Of a DNA stretch of 64,000 bases, positions 63,044 to 64,000 are shown in pieces. Source of the DNA: Akkermansia muciniphila (GTDB taxonomy: Bacteria; Verrucomicrobiota; Verrucomicrobiia; Verrucomicrobiales; V1-33). The notes beneath the pieces were generated by a model. That model had not been told where the DNA came from, ran no database searches, and was given only the letters and a program-made list of their open reading frames with translations. The position numbers were made by a program, and so were the translations under genes. Positions within the stretch are counted from its first letter, which is position 1. Each line of letters starts with the position of its first letter. The stretch covers positions 75,296 to 139,295 of the forward strand of contig CAMAUV010000004.1 of the NCBI GenBank assembly GCA_945861415.1, written 5' to 3'.

Positions 63044-63958
63044 ATGAAACTGTTCTCCGTCATCATGTCCGCCGTATTTTCTCTCTCAGCTTTTGCTCAG
63101 GATGTCGCACCAGCTGCGCCGCGGGCCCCGCACAAGGAGGACGGCATCGTTAAACTCTGGGCGGAGGGAGCGTGGCAGGGCTCCATGCCCGGGGACTGGA
63201 AGCCGAACGGCGCGGAGTCGCAGGAGAAGACGGCGCACATGGGAGGCACCTTGGCAGTCAAAAATGTGGTTGAGACGGCGCTGCACTATTTCAAGCCCGA
63301 GGCACCTGGTAGGCGTGCCGTCATCATTTGTCCCGGCGGCGGCTATAACATTCTGGCGTGGGATCTTGAGGGCACTGAAATCGCGGAGTGGCTGAATAAA
63401 CAGGGCATCCACGGCTTTGTGCTGCGCTATCGGCTGCCGCGGGGAAACGAAGCCCGCCATGCCGCCGCCCTCCAAGATGCGCAGCGAGCCATCAGCTGTG
63501 TCCGCTCCCGGGCCACGGCCTACGGCATCGCACCGGATCAGATCGGCATAATGGGATTCTCTGCTGGGGCTCATCTTTCGGCTCTCGCGGCCGCCAATCA
63601 TCAAAAGCGCAGCTATGACGGCCGTGATGCCATCGATACGGTCTCCTGCCGGCCGGACTTTGTGGGACTCATCTACTCCGCCTACATACTCGCGGACCCA
63701 AAGAACCCTAATTCAGGCCTGAGTGAACTGCTCCCCGTAGGTGTAGATACGCCGCCAGCCTTCCTCGCTCATGCCATGGATGACCCGCTGCCCTGCGCCA
63801 ATGCCATGGCGTGGATGCTGGCGCTCCAGCAGAATAAAGTGCCGGCGGAACTCCACATCTACCCGGACGGCGGCCACGGCTACGGACTGCGTTCCGACAA
63901 AAGTGTCAAAGCATGGGCCACCGCCATGGAGGCATGGCTGGCCAGAGGGGCGAAGTAA
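63044..63958 (+). CDS. secreted alpha/beta-hydrolase (carbohydrate-esterase / BD-FAE-like)
   Basis: Start at MKLFSVIMSAVFSLSAFA. VIICPGGGY oxyanion-type motif, nucleophile elbow GFSAGAH, and C-terminal DDP...GGHGY. The ORF-track 5' extension (62633-) is antisense shadow of the sulfatase gene. Confidence 0.8.
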   Translation: MKLFSVIMSAVFSLSAFAQDVAPAAPRAPHKEDGIVKLWAEGAWQGSMPGDWKPNGAESQEKTAHMGGTLAVKNVVETALHYFKPEAPGRRAVIICPGGGYNILAWDLEGTEIAEWLNKQGIHGFVLRYRLPRGNEARHAAALQDAQRAISCVRSRATAYGIAPDQIGIMGFSAGAHLSALAAANHQKRSYDGRDAIDTVSCRPDFVGLIYSAYILADPKNPNSGLSELLPVGVDTPPAFLAHAMDDPLPCANAMAWMLALQQNKVPAELHIYPDGGHGYGLRSDKSVKAWATAMEAWLARGAK

Positions 63959-64000
63959 AACCGGGGCGCAAAGTTCCATTGCCGGATTCTTCCGGGTCCC

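Overview
This is a roughly 60% GC chromosomal window whose gene content points to the PVC superphylum, most likely Verrucomicrobiota. The indicators are DUF1549/DUF1553 (PSCyt/PSD) proteins, PVC-type dehydrogenase/HEAT proteins with a C-terminal CxxCH, many Cys-type sulfatases, PQQ-like beta-propellers and a four-helix-bundle-suffix gene. I could not run any database search, so all calls rest on motifs read from the translations. Well-supported housekeeping genes are tsaD, ppdK, nadC, birA, a CBM48 gene coupled to glgA, purN, cmk, tyrA, purQ, argA-like NAGS, gatB and purA. Accessory content: (i) a co-oriented sulfatase array at 27.5-34.2 kb that is cut inside a sulfatase gene at both ends. (ii) A mosaic, rearranged islet at 34.1-39.4 kb, holding a phage terminase small-subunit fragment, a 5'-truncated sulfatase, a 3'-truncated trhO, orphan C-terminal domain fragments and a disrupted C-type-lectin/TSP3-repeat surface protein with a low-GC N-terminal module. 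It also holds a 55-bp inverted repeat pair and a 125-bp direct repeat that supplies the same upstream region and N-terminal peptide to two different secreted proteins. (iii) Many decayed genes, carrying nine in-frame premature stops, all TAA or TAG, and three frameshifts, two of them mapping to short A-runs. I found no rRNA, tRNA, CRISPR array, integrase, transposase or recognisable defence or toxin system. I see no convincing novel multi-gene system. The most unusual structure is the repeat-bounded mosaic islet, followed by the nonsense-dominated pseudogene pattern. Gene starts are approximate because the ORF track uses ATG/GTG/TTG starts and several ORFs carry spurious N-terminal extensions.
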